A stretch of 61,605 nt of DNA, the filler included. It is 5 parts of 5 records of this genome, joined end to end, with 100 filler letters (N's around TTAATTAATTAA, not from the genome) between each part and the next. Parts side by side here need not be neighbours in the genome. Positions count along the whole stretch, not along the records: positions 10,118 to 15,311 come from DRR723986_19031; positions 15,412 to 33,260 come from DRR723986_19033; 3 more parts are not named here. One strand, written 5' to 3'. Numbering within the stretch: the stretch's first letter is position 1; every line of letters begins with the position of its first letter. Under the pieces are notes generated by a model. The model had not been told where the DNA came from, did no database searches, and saw only the letters and a list, made by a program, of their open reading frames with translations. The translations under genes were made by a program, and so were the position numbers. This document shows, piece after piece, positions 10,318-18,921 of this stretch.

Positions 10318-10458
10318 ATGATGATTGACATCATACGCCATAGCTATTGACCCCGTAGCACCCAAGTCAGGCCGCAGTCCTTCTCCCCGGATTGCCTGCC
10401 TTTTGGACCTGATCGCCACCCGGCCTGACCCGCCCGTCAGGCCGGACAAACTATTTTT
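10318..10458 (+). ncRNA. Candidate small RNA or structured leader (ends approximate)
   Basis: Follows promoter copy 1; hairpin GCAGTCC/GGATTGC with TTCTCCCC loop; perfect 10-bp stem 10420-10429/10436-10445, then a T-run at 10454-10458. Confidence 0.45.
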
Positions 10459-10487
10459 GAACCTTGCTCCCCGGACGCGCGACACAC
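10456..10487 (+). promoter_or_regulatory. ECF-sigma-like promoter, copy 2
   Basis: TTTGAACC-N15-GCGACACAC, about 30 nt upstream of ATG 10516. Confidence 0.7.
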
Positions 10488-10515
10488 CTGCGTGTGTAAC
10501 CAGAAGGGGCGATTT

Positions 10516-11133
10516 ATGAAAAAGACACTCACCCTGTCGGTGCTGGCAATTGTTGCGGCAACCGGCAGCCAGGCGCAGACCGTGGAGGACTGGCACGGGT
10601 TTTATGCCGGGCTGGTCATCGGCTCGACCACTACAGAGTTGACCATCACCAACAGCACCGCAGATGAAACCCAAACCGGCCTGGGCCTTGCCCTGGGGTA
10701 CAATCATCACCTGTCCGGCAATTGGTATATCGGCGGAGAGCTGCATGTCGCGGCGCAGGAAACCGATTTCGGCAACACGTTCACGCTGGACAACGAACGG
10801 TCGCTGCGGGCGCGGATCGGCTATGCCACCGGGCGAACCTTCTTCTATGGCACGCTTGGCTACGCGATGGCCGATGTGAATTCGCAACTGAACCCGGCCG
10901 ATTCCGGAGAGGTCGCCGGGTTGCTAGCCGGGATCGGAGTGGAATACCTGGTGACCGACCGGATGTCGCTGCGTTTTGAATATGTCCATCGCAACTTGAC
11001 CGGCGATCCAATTACCCCGCAGGTCAACGCCCGTCAGCCGATGGCGCTGGTCTCCCCCCCGCCGCAGGTGACTCCGGTCGACACCGACACTTCCGGCGGT
11101 CAGTTCAGTCTGGGAATTGCGTTCCACTTCTAG
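10516..11133 (+). CDS. Outer-membrane beta-barrel protein (Omp25/Omp31/RopB-like porin family)
   Basis: Signal peptide; WHGFYAG, LRARIGY, GIGVEY; ends GIAFHF (terminal Phe); AAGGGG RBS. Confidence 0.88.
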   Translation: MKKTLTLSVLAIVAATGSQAQTVEDWHGFYAGLVIGSTTTELTITNSTADETQTGLGLALGYNHHLSGNWYIGGELHVAAQETDFGNTFTLDNERSLRARIGYATGRTFFYGTLGYAMADVNSQLNPADSGEVAGLLAGIGVEYLVTDRMSLRFEYVHRNLTGDPITPQVNARQPMALVSPPPQVTPVDTDTSGGQFSLGIAFHF

Positions 11134-11160
11134 AAATGGAGAAATATTCCGTTTGAATAC

Positions 11161-11197
11161 AGCCCCTTGTGCCGAATTTTCGACACAAGGGGTTTTT
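11161..11197 (+). terminator. Rho-independent terminator after OMP gene 1
   Basis: CCCCTTGTG / CACAAGGGG stem followed by TTTTT. Confidence 0.75.
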
Positions 11198-11199
11198 CC

Positions 11200-11231
11200 T
11201 TTGAACCCGGCGCCAGTGGCTTGCGACAAAC
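11200..11231 (+). promoter_or_regulatory. ECF-sigma-like promoter, copy 3
   Basis: TTTGAACC-N15-GCGACAAAC, upstream of ATG 11297 and just after the OMP1 terminator. Confidence 0.7.
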
Positions 11232-11296
11232 CCTTGAAAGCCATTTCAGAGGCTGCTCATCACCGCCATACGCCATAACGTCGAAGGACTCTTACT

Positions 11297-11878
11297 ATGA
11301 CCAAAACCTTTACCCCGCTCGCCTCTGCCATTGCGCTGGCCGCTGCTCTGGCCGCATCTTCCGCCCATGCCGATGCCACCAGTTTTGAGGGCTTCTATGG
11401 CGGTCTGTCGATCAGCTCGGTCGGGATCTCGCCGAACTGGACAGCAGCAGATATCCAAAACTCCGTCGGCTATGAACTTTTCGGCGGATACAACCATGCT
11501 CTGAACAGCAACTGGGTTGTCGGCGGCGAACTGAGCTTCGGTGCCTCGGGCACTCATGATGTGTCCGGGTCAGCTACGACCGTGGATCTGGAAAACATGG
11601 TGACGATCAGCGCTCGCGCCGGGTATGTGTTTGATAACACGATGATCTATGGCCGCCTTGGCTATCAGATCGGCGAGTTTAGCATCTCGACCAACCCTGT
11701 CACCCCTGATCTCGAAGGGGTCATTTTCGGGCTTGGGGTCGAGCATATGTTCACCGACACTGTTTCTGGTCGCATCGAGCTGAGCCGCTCGGCTCTGGCC
11801 CTGTCCGGCATGGGTGTCCCCCCGGGGGCAGAGATTGACCGCACCGCCCTGTCCATCGGCATCGCCTTTCACTTCTGA
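11297..11878 (+). CDS. Outer-membrane beta-barrel protein, paralogue of 10516-11133
   Basis: Signal peptide; FEGFYGG, GYNH...NWVVGGEL, ARAGY, GLGVEH; ends GIAFHF. Confidence 0.88.
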   Translation: MTKTFTPLASAIALAAALAASSAHADATSFEGFYGGLSISSVGISPNWTAADIQNSVGYELFGGYNHALNSNWVVGGELSFGASGTHDVSGSATTVDLENMVTISARAGYVFDNTMIYGRLGYQIGEFSISTNPVTPDLEGVIFGLGVEHMFTDTVSGRIELSRSALALSGMGVPPGAEIDRTALSIGIAFHF

Positions 11879-11901
11879 TCCCGGTTTTCCCTCGAACCGG
11901 C

Positions 11902-11931
11902 GGGCGGGCGCAGCAATGCCCCGCCCTTTTT
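11902..11931 (+). terminator. Rho-independent terminator after OMP gene 2
   Basis: GGGCGGGCGCA-GCAA-TGCCCCGCCC followed by TTTTT. Confidence 0.75.
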
Positions 11932-12002
11932 GTTTGCCTTGCATCCCGCCAGGCTTTCTGGGCGAACTGAACGCAAGCCATTTGCCTTGAAAGGTTTGCC
12001 CC

Positions 12003-12908
12003 ATGACTGCCCTGCCCTTCGCCACCTGCGATGTGTTCACCGACACGCCCTATACCGGCAACCCGCTGGCCATCGTCGAAGGGGCAGACGCGCTGACGAC
12101 CGAGCAGATGCAGTCCATCGCGCGCGAATTCAACCTGTCGGAAACCATCTTCGTGCAGACGCCCGACGACCCCGACAACACCGCCAAAGTGCGCATTTTC
12201 TTTCCGACCGCCGAGATTCCCTTTGCCGGTCACCCCACCATCGGCTGCGCGATCCATCTGGCAAAGCAGCGCAACGCGGGGGCTGACTGGGATGATCTGA
12301 TCACGCTGGAAGAGGTGGCGGGGCTGGTGCCTGTCACGGTGGCCTGTCGGGGGGGCCAGATACGCGCCGAATTCACCGCACCGCAACTGCCCGTCCCCCT
12401 TGGCGGCGACACCAGCCCGGCGCTGATCGGCAAGGCGCTTGGGTTGTCTGCCGGTCAGATCGGCTATGGCACCCATGTGCCGCGCGTCTGGAAGGCGGGG
12501 CCGGATTTCCTGTTCGTACCGCTTGCCGGGCCCCACGCGCTGGCCGCTGCCAAACCGTCTGGCGCGGCCTGGGCCGAGCTGTCGCGCAACACCAACGAAT
12601 CGGTATTCCTGTACACGCCTGCGGGCGATCAGACCTTTCGGACCCGCATGTTCGCGCCCGATCACGGCGTGCCGGAAGATCCGGCCACCGGATCGGCCTC
12701 GGCCATCTTTGCGGCGCAGCTCTTGGCGGGGGGCGATCTGGACCCGGAGGGCACGACGGCCTTCACGCTGGTACAGGGCGTCGAGATGGGCCGCCCCTCG
12801 GATATTGGGCTGAGCGTCGATTGCGCTGGCGGCAAGATCACTGCCATCCGGATTGCCGGCGGCGCCGTGCCGGTCATGTCCGGGCAGATCACCCCGCCAG
12901 CCGCCTGA
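12003..12908 (+). CDS. PhzF-family isomerase
   Basis: DVFT...GNPLA, NLSETIF, PFAGHPTIG, EDPATGSA and QGVEMGRPS motifs. Confidence 0.93.
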   Translation: MTALPFATCDVFTDTPYTGNPLAIVEGADALTTEQMQSIAREFNLSETIFVQTPDDPDNTAKVRIFFPTAEIPFAGHPTIGCAIHLAKQRNAGADWDDLITLEEVAGLVPVTVACRGGQIRAEFTAPQLPVPLGGDTSPALIGKALGLSAGQIGYGTHVPRVWKAGPDFLFVPLAGPHALAAAKPSGAAWAELSRNTNESVFLYTPAGDQTFRTRMFAPDHGVPEDPATGSASAIFAAQLLAGGDLDPEGTTAFTLVQGVEMGRPSDIGLSVDCAGGKITAIRIAGGAVPVMSGQITPPAA

Positions 12909-12953
12909 CAGTTCGACCTTGGCAGCGGGCGCGTTGCGCCTTATCTCGGAAGG

Positions 12954-13394
12954 ATGTTCGGAGAATTGCTGAAACGCCTCACGGCGACTGACCCCGCCCC
13001 CCTGCCCGATCCCGACGCGCGTCTTGCCCTGGCCGCTTTGCTGGTGCGTGTCGCCCGCAGTGACGGGTCTTATGATGCCGACGAGGTCGCCCATATCGAC
13101 CGCGTGCTGGCCCGGCGCAATGGCATCGGCCCGTTCGAGGCCGCGAAACTGCGCGCCGAGGCGGAAGTGCTGGAATCCGAGGCCCCCGACACCGTGCGCT
13201 TTACCCGCGCCATCAAGGATGCGGTTCCCTACGAGGATCGCGCCGGTGTGATCGAGGCGCTGTGGTCGGTGGTGTTGGCCGACGGCGTCCGCGACCACCA
13301 GGAAGACGCGATGCTGCGCCTGACCGCGAACCTGTTGGGCATCAACGACCGAGACAGCGCGCTGGCCCGCCAGCGGGTCGAAGCGCGGGGCTAG
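12954..13394 (+). CDS. TerB-family (tellurite-resistance-like) protein
   Basis: LLVRVARSDG...E and LWSVVLADG...E helical repeats. Confidence 0.85.
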   Translation: MFGELLKRLTATDPAPLPDPDARLALAALLVRVARSDGSYDADEVAHIDRVLARRNGIGPFEAAKLRAEAEVLESEAPDTVRFTRAIKDAVPYEDRAGVIEALWSVVLADGVRDHQEDAMLRLTANLLGINDRDSALARQRVEARG

Positions 13395-13397
13395 CCC

Positions 13398-14087
13398 ATG
13401 CTGCGGGCGCTTCTGGCCGGTCTGATGCTGGCCACGCCCCTGAACGCCCAAGGCATCGAGACGGCAGATTACGCCACTGTTCTGGCCGACGCCCAGACGT
13501 TCGTCACCTTCGAGATCCTGCCGCCCCGGCCTGAACCCGGTTACGCGCTGGATCACGGGATTGCCTTTTCCGGCGGCCGGATCGGCAGCGCCTTTGCAGG
13601 GCAGACCCTTGATGATGTGGACGGCTTCGACCGCTTGGGCGGCAATCCCTCCGCGCCCTTGTCACTGCTGACAGGGCCGCCCGGACACGGGCTGTCGCTT
13701 GCCACGCATCACGGATTTGGCTCGCTTGCCATCTATCCCCTTGGTCCCGCTGAATTTCCTGCTCTGGAGGCGCGGGGCGAAGGCAGTGCGGCGGTCCTGT
13801 TTGATGAAGATGTCTGTCAGGTCGGTCTGCGGGTTCACAGCGACTATCCCGATCCTCTCGGAGCAAATACCACCCCTCGCGGCGCAGTCACGCTGACCGC
13901 TTATGGCCGAGGCGGTGATGCGCTCGGCCAGATCAACCAAACACTGGCGACGGGCGTCTCGTCCCTCGGGCTGCAAAGCGCTGACAGCCTGTCCGCCATC
14001 GCGGGCTTGACCATTGAAAACTCCGACCCCGGTGGTATTGCGCTGGATGACCTTGCCTTCGGCCCCTGTGCCCAGATCCTAGGATGA
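13398..14087 (+). CDS. Hypothetical exported protein
   Basis: Signal peptide (MLRALLAGLMLATPLNA); tightly packed in the operon. Confidence 0.7.
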   Translation: MLRALLAGLMLATPLNAQGIETADYATVLADAQTFVTFEILPPRPEPGYALDHGIAFSGGRIGSAFAGQTLDDVDGFDRLGGNPSAPLSLLTGPPGHGLSLATHHGFGSLAIYPLGPAEFPALEARGEGSAAVLFDEDVCQVGLRVHSDYPDPLGANTTPRGAVTLTAYGRGGDALGQINQTLATGVSSLGLQSADSLSAIAGLTIENSDPGGIALDDLAFGPCAQILG

Positions 14088-14857
14088 TGCCGATGCACGC
14101 CTCGCTGCCGATGTACGACCGCCCCGAAACGCGGGCCGAGACCGACCGTTTCTGGACCCTGACCCGCGACGCCCTGCGCGACCGGGGCATTGCCGCGCCC
14201 GATGCGCTGACGCGGGACTTTTCCAGTCCCTGGGACCTGTGGCTGTCGCCCGACCTTTTGCTGTCGCAGACCTGTGGGTTGCCGCTGCGGGCCCGGCTGC
14301 ATGACAAGGTTGGGCTGGTCGCAACCCCCGATTTCGCCCTGCCCGGTTGCGCGCCGGGATATTACAACTCGGTCCTGATCACCCGTGCAGATCACGCAGA
14401 AACCCCGGTCGAGACGCTTCTGCGCGGCCCCATCGCGATCAATGAGGGGCTAAGCCAATCGGGCTGGGGGGCACTGTGCCGGTATGCAAGCGATCTGGGG
14501 CATGTCCCTGCCAAGCCGATCCTGTCGGGCGGCCACGCCTTATCCGCCCGCGCGGTGCTGGACGGGCGCGCCGATCTGGCTGCCATCGACGCACAGACCT
14601 GGCGGCTATTGCTGCGCCATGAACCCGACCTGAGGGCGCTTGTCGAGCGTGACCGCACCGCACCAACTCCGGCGCTGCCGCTGATCACAGCGCAGGGCCG
14701 CGACCCCGAGCCGCTAATTGCCGCGCTGACCGAGGCGCTGGCGGCGCTGCCCGACGACGACCGCGAAACGCTCGGGCTGGCCGGGTTCGCCCGCATCCCC
14801 CTGGCCGATTACATGGCGCTGCCCATCCCGCCAAATCCCGACGATCTGCCGCAATGA
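14084..14857 (+). CDS. PhnD/SsuA/transferrin-fold binding protein without an obvious signal peptide
   Basis: ASLPMYD, LSQTCGLP, SQSG, SGGH and ADLAAID motifs. Confidence 0.75.
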   Translation: MMPMHASLPMYDRPETRAETDRFWTLTRDALRDRGIAAPDALTRDFSSPWDLWLSPDLLLSQTCGLPLRARLHDKVGLVATPDFALPGCAPGYYNSVLITRADHAETPVETLLRGPIAINEGLSQSGWGALCRYASDLGHVPAKPILSGGHALSARAVLDGRADLAAIDAQTWRLLLRHEPDLRALVERDRTAPTPALPLITAQGRDPEPLIAALTEALAALPDDDRETLGLAGFARIPLADYMALPIPPNPDDLPQ

Positions 14858-14957
14858 CGGGCAAAAGCACGGGCGAACGCTAGGTCACCCGACAGATGCG
14901 CATTGCAATTGCGCAGTTTTTGCGCAGAAATCGCAAAGGTCCACAGGGAACAATAGA

Positions 14958-15311
14958 GTGACAGACCAAGCACCGCCCGTCATCGAAATCACGGGACTAC
15001 ACAAGAGTTTCGGAAATCTGCACGTCCTGAGGGGCGTCGACATGCGGGCCCGCGCGGGCGACGTGGTGTCCCTGATCGGGTCATCCGGGTCTGGAAAGTC
15101 CACGCTTCTGCGCTGCGCCAACCTGCTGGAGGACAGTCAGGAAGGCCGCATCGTCTTCGAGGGTGAAGAGGTTCACTGGAAAGGCTCTGGCCATGGTCGC
15201 CACCCGGCAGACCGTGACCAGATCCGTCGTATCCGAACGAATCTCAGCATGGTGTTCCAGCAGTTCAACCTCTGGGCGCATATGACCATCCTGCAAAACG
15301 TGATGGAAGCG
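14958..15311 (+). CDS. Polar amino-acid ABC transporter ATPase (HisP-like), 3'-truncated
   Basis: GSSGSGKSTLLRC and MVFQQFNLW; runs into the linker. Confidence 0.88.
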
Positions 15312-15411
15312 NNNNNNNNNNNNNNNNNNNNNNNNNNNNNNNNNNNNNNNNNNNNTTAATTAATTAANNNNNNNNNNNNNNNNNNNNNNNNNNNNNNNNN
15401 NNNNNNNNNNN
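15312..15411. other. Artificial contig linker
   Basis: 44 N + TTAATTAATTAA + 44 N. Confidence 0.98.
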
Positions 15412-15455
15412 GACATTTAGAAGAAAATGAGATCTCATTTTTAAAAATGAAGTAA

Positions 15456-15932
15456 TCATTTCAACAGTTCATCCAAGTCTGGAAAAAAAGCTTTTAACTC
15501 ATTAATGACAGTTCTCACATCACCTGATTTAGCAGGGAATTCATCAACTTGACAATGGTCTAAATAGGTGTTCAAGAGTAATTTATCTGTATAAATTTTT
15601 AATGATTCTGAAGTTGAACCTGAACAGGCTAGGTCATTTTTGGGTTTGGAATGAGTTAACTCGGCAGCATTAACCTGCTCTATGAATTCGTCAAATTGAC
15701 CCGCTTTCAACTCAACACTCTTGGCATTCAATGTATCGCCATAAGAGTCCACAATTATACCCACAGAATTCTTATTTATGCTTATTTCATAAGATCTATG
15801 GTATTCTGGCGGTACCGAAGAATCGTGGAAATTGTAGACTATTTTTTCAGTGCTACTAGCATCCAACAGAATAGGAGTTTCACATGAGGTAAACAAGTTG
15901 ATCATGACTAAAATTAGTGTTAGTCTTTTCAT
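15456..15932 (-). CDS. Hypothetical lipoprotein
   Basis: Lipobox-like LFTSC; DSSVPPEYHRSY motif; start overlaps the GH18 stop. Confidence 0.75.
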   Translation of the reverse strand: MKRLTLILVMINLFTSCETPILLDASSTEKIVYNFHDSSVPPEYHRSYEISINKNSVGIIVDSYGDTLNAKSVELKAGQFDEFIEQVNAAELTHSKPKNDLACSGSTSESLKIYTDKLLLNTYLDHCQVDEFPAKSGDVRTVINELKAFFPDLDELLK

Positions 15933-18199
15933 TCTGTTTTTAATAATTGGAATTTCTCAATAAATTCTCCTTGTTGGATTTCAATAATATAAGTTCCAGT
16001 TGAGAATTGATCCAGCTGATTAATTTCGTTAGATTCGATAGTTACGTTTTCTTGCGTTCTGATAAGTTGACCATCTGCCGAATATATGCGGACAGTAGCA
16101 GCACCTTGTAGCAACAAACCTTCTATTATTATTTTATTGGTAAATGGATTAGGATAGACATTGAACTGAGAAGAATTATTATCGATTAAACCAACAGTAT
16201 TGATTACTTCGACTGTAAGGTTTGTTGTGTCATTAGGGCAGATGTAATTCGCTGCGACTAAGGTAACAGTGTATACTCCGGGACTGTTAAAATCATTCCA
16301 CGGGTTCGCATCAGCAGATGTATTCCCATCTCCAAAATCCCAAGAATAAACACTAGAGTTAGATGAGTTGTTGGTAAAATAAACCGTTGAATTCGGCATG
16401 TAAACAGGAGAGTTTGAATTGAATGCAGCAACCGGGGCTCCTGCAACCTGAACAGTAATTGTTTGACTCGTTAGGTTTGAATCAATACCGTCAATGGCAT
16501 ATAAACTCACATTGAAATTTCCTGAAGACATGTACGTCACAACAGGGTCAGTATCTGTGCTAGTTGCTGGAATACCGTTTTCAAAAACCCAGTAATAATT
16601 AGTAGCATCAGTTGAGTTGTTGGTAAACTGAATGGTTTCTCCTTGGCAGAATGTGGTATTAGAGGGTTGAGTAAAATCTGCCTGTGGATTAGTTGTACTC
16701 GTTACACAGGTATAATTGGCAAGCCAACCTGGTGCCACTGTGGCTCCATCAGATTTGAATCTGAAGGTAATATCCCCTGTTGAAGTAGAAAACGTTCCGG
16801 GTGAGTTAGTACCTGTGTAACTACCAAGTAAAGTAGAACTCGTGTTTGGACCATCATAAATAAAGAGGGTATCATAATTTAATTCAACGTCAAACATGCT
16901 AAAATTGAAATCAATTGAACTGGCTCCATCTGGGGATAGTGTCCATGTATAATCCTCATCATTATAGTAGTTTTTAGTAGGGCCTCCGAAATCATGAACC
17001 GTACCTGTACATGGATCAACTTTACAATCCGTGAACTTGTCTTCTAAAGCATCCCAAAGTTCTGAATAACCGTTGTCGTATCCTAAGGCCCAAATTCCAA
17101 TTCCTCCAATTCCTGTTTGATTAACGAAATCTAATCGTTTTTCAAAAGCATCTTCAAGCGCGATAAAACATTGTCTGTTAGCTCCGTTATTAAAGGCGAA
17201 AATATCTGTGTAGCTATCAGCATCCCAAGTGTAGTTGGATACCGAGTAATTCCCTGAAGTATTGTTTTTTACATAGGCGAAGGTTCTAGCAACTCCGTTA
17301 GCAGTAGTAGCTGAAGGGATCGATAAACTTGTTGTTTGCCATTCATACCCATAATAAGGTAAACCAAGAATAAATTTGTCTTTTGGGCAGCCTTTGTCCA
17401 GGTAGTAAGTCGTAGTTTTGGATAAAGTATAGTTGTACGAAGAACCGAAATGATAAAGAGGGTCACATGGACCAGTGTTACCAGATCCTTGATAATAATA
17501 TGCGTAGCCCATCACAATAAAATGATCAACAGCCGAAGCCATAATATTAAAATCAAAAACATCATTCCAATCAACCGCATAAAGTACCGTACTCACTTCA
17601 GATCCTGGAATTGCGGCATGCATTTGATTAGATAAATCGACCATGAAATTGGCGAAATTCGTTTTTTGCGAAGAAGGTAATCCTTCAAAATCAATATTCA
17701 CCCCATGAGCACCTCGTGATTGAACTAGGTTTATAAGATTAGTAATCAAAGTTTGTTTTGAAGTTGAATTTGACAAAAAAGTAGCTAAATCTGAACCACC
17801 GAAAAGCGTAACACAAAGCGTGACCTTTACGCCATTTGCTAAAGCAGAATCAACCGCATCTGAGGTTGACCAACCATGAGTTGAAAGTGCATTTCCAGAT
17901 GTCTCATCTACTTCATATGAAAAAAACGACATATGACTTAGTAAATCCCAATCATAGTTATTATAAGCAGATCCTACCCAATACGGGTGCCAGCCATAAA
18001 CCACCTTTTCTAGATTGCAGGAGGTTCTATCATCATTATAATTAAACTTTTTAGTGTTTACATTCTGCTCATACCATTCAGTGCTTTTGTTTTGAGCATT
18101 GTAAAAGCTTTGCTGTTCATGGTGAATTGAGGTGTATTGCTGTGCACCGGCACTACATAAAACTAATAACCAAACAAGAAGTAAAAAGTATTTTGTCAT
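15929..18199 (-). CDS. GH18 glycoside hydrolase with CUB, two PKD domains and a T9SS type A sorting domain
   Basis: GVNIDFE catalytic motif, GIWALGYD; CUB-like YDTLFIYDG/FKSD; PKD WVFENG and WDFGDG; YPNPF C-terminal domain; TATCTTTG promoter motif upstream (18221-18228, minus strand). Confidence 0.88.
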   Translation of the reverse strand: MTKYFLLLVWLLVLCSAGAQQYTSIHHEQQSFYNAQNKSTEWYEQNVNTKKFNYNDDRTSCNLEKVVYGWHPYWVGSAYNNYDWDLLSHMSFFSYEVDETSGNALSTHGWSTSDAVDSALANGVKVTLCVTLFGGSDLATFLSNSTSKQTLITNLINLVQSRGAHGVNIDFEGLPSSQKTNFANFMVDLSNQMHAAIPGSEVSTVLYAVDWNDVFDFNIMASAVDHFIVMGYAYYYQGSGNTGPCDPLYHFGSSYNYTLSKTTTYYLDKGCPKDKFILGLPYYGYEWQTTSLSIPSATTANGVARTFAYVKNNTSGNYSVSNYTWDADSYTDIFAFNNGANRQCFIALEDAFEKRLDFVNQTGIGGIGIWALGYDNGYSELWDALEDKFTDCKVDPCTGTVHDFGGPTKNYYNDEDYTWTLSPDGASSIDFNFSMFDVELNYDTLFIYDGPNTSSTLLGSYTGTNSPGTFSTSTGDITFRFKSDGATVAPGWLANYTCVTSTTNPQADFTQPSNTTFCQGETIQFTNNSTDATNYYWVFENGIPATSTDTDPVVTYMSSGNFNVSLYAIDGIDSNLTSQTITVQVAGAPVAAFNSNSPVYMPNSTVYFTNNSSNSSVYSWDFGDGNTSADANPWNDFNSPGVYTVTLVAANYICPNDTTNLTVEVINTVGLIDNNSSQFNVYPNPFTNKIIIEGLLLQGAATVRIYSADGQLIRTQENVTIESNEINQLDQFSTGTYIIEIQQGEFIEKFQLLKTE

Positions 18200-18264
18200 C
18201 ACTAAAATTTTAAGCGGCTCCAAAGATAGGCCATTTTTAGTGTTTATCCCAAAAAAATGGTTGT

Positions 18265-18921
18265 TTATCGAAACAAATCTATTGCTTCGTCTAAGTTAAA
18301 ACCATTTAGATTGTCTAAAATTTTATCAGCGATTTTGAATTTTTCGTTGATTTCATGCGTTTTTTCTGGAATTGCTATAACTTTCATTCGAGCAGCTTTG
18401 GCAGAAATGATACCGTTTAGAGAATCTTCAAAGACAAGGCACTTTTTAGGATCTACATCTAATTTTTTAGCTGCCGTCAGAAATACTGCGGGATGTGGTT
18501 TGCCATATTGCTCATTTTCTGCTGAATGAACAATATCAAAATATTCAGCTAAATGTAGTTGATCAAGAACAGTTTTGAGAATTCGCGTAGCAGAAGAAGT
18601 TGCTAATCCTATTTTGTATCCTGCTGATTTTAGCGTTTGCAAAGTTTTAGTGACACCTGGTAATTCTGTTCCTTGTTTTTTGATTTCGCGAATAACTATA
18701 TCAACAACATCATTTTCAACTTCTTTGAGACTTTTACCTTCCCATCCGATTCGGTTGTACCACATTAGCACCACTTCATCCATTCTTAAGCCTACGGTTT
18801 CTTCGCAGTCTGTATGAGTTAAGTCAATACCTACTTTACCGAATCCTTCAATTTCGGCAATTTTCCATAGCGGTTCAGAGTCTATTAAAACTCCATCCAT
18901 ATCAAAAATGACGGCTTTCAA
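18265..18921 (-). CDS. HAD-family phosphatase (HxpB/YniC-like)
   Basis: FDMDGVLIDSEP, GKPHPAVF and FEDS motifs. Confidence 0.9.
   Translation of the reverse strand: MKAVIFDMDGVLIDSEPLWKIAEIEGFGKVGIDLTHTDCEETVGLRMDEVVLMWYNRIGWEGKSLKEVENDVVDIVIREIKKQGTELPGVTKTLQTLKSAGYKIGLATSSATRILKTVLDQLHLAEYFDIVHSAENEQYGKPHPAVFLTAAKKLDVDPKKCLVFEDSLNGIISAKAARMKVIAIPEKTHEINEKFKIADKILDNLNGFNLDEAIDLFR

Noticed and set aside
11751-13556. 601-aa minus-strand ORF
   Set aside because: Antisense shadow of the high-GC OMP2/PhzF/TerB genes, which carry the recognisable motifs.
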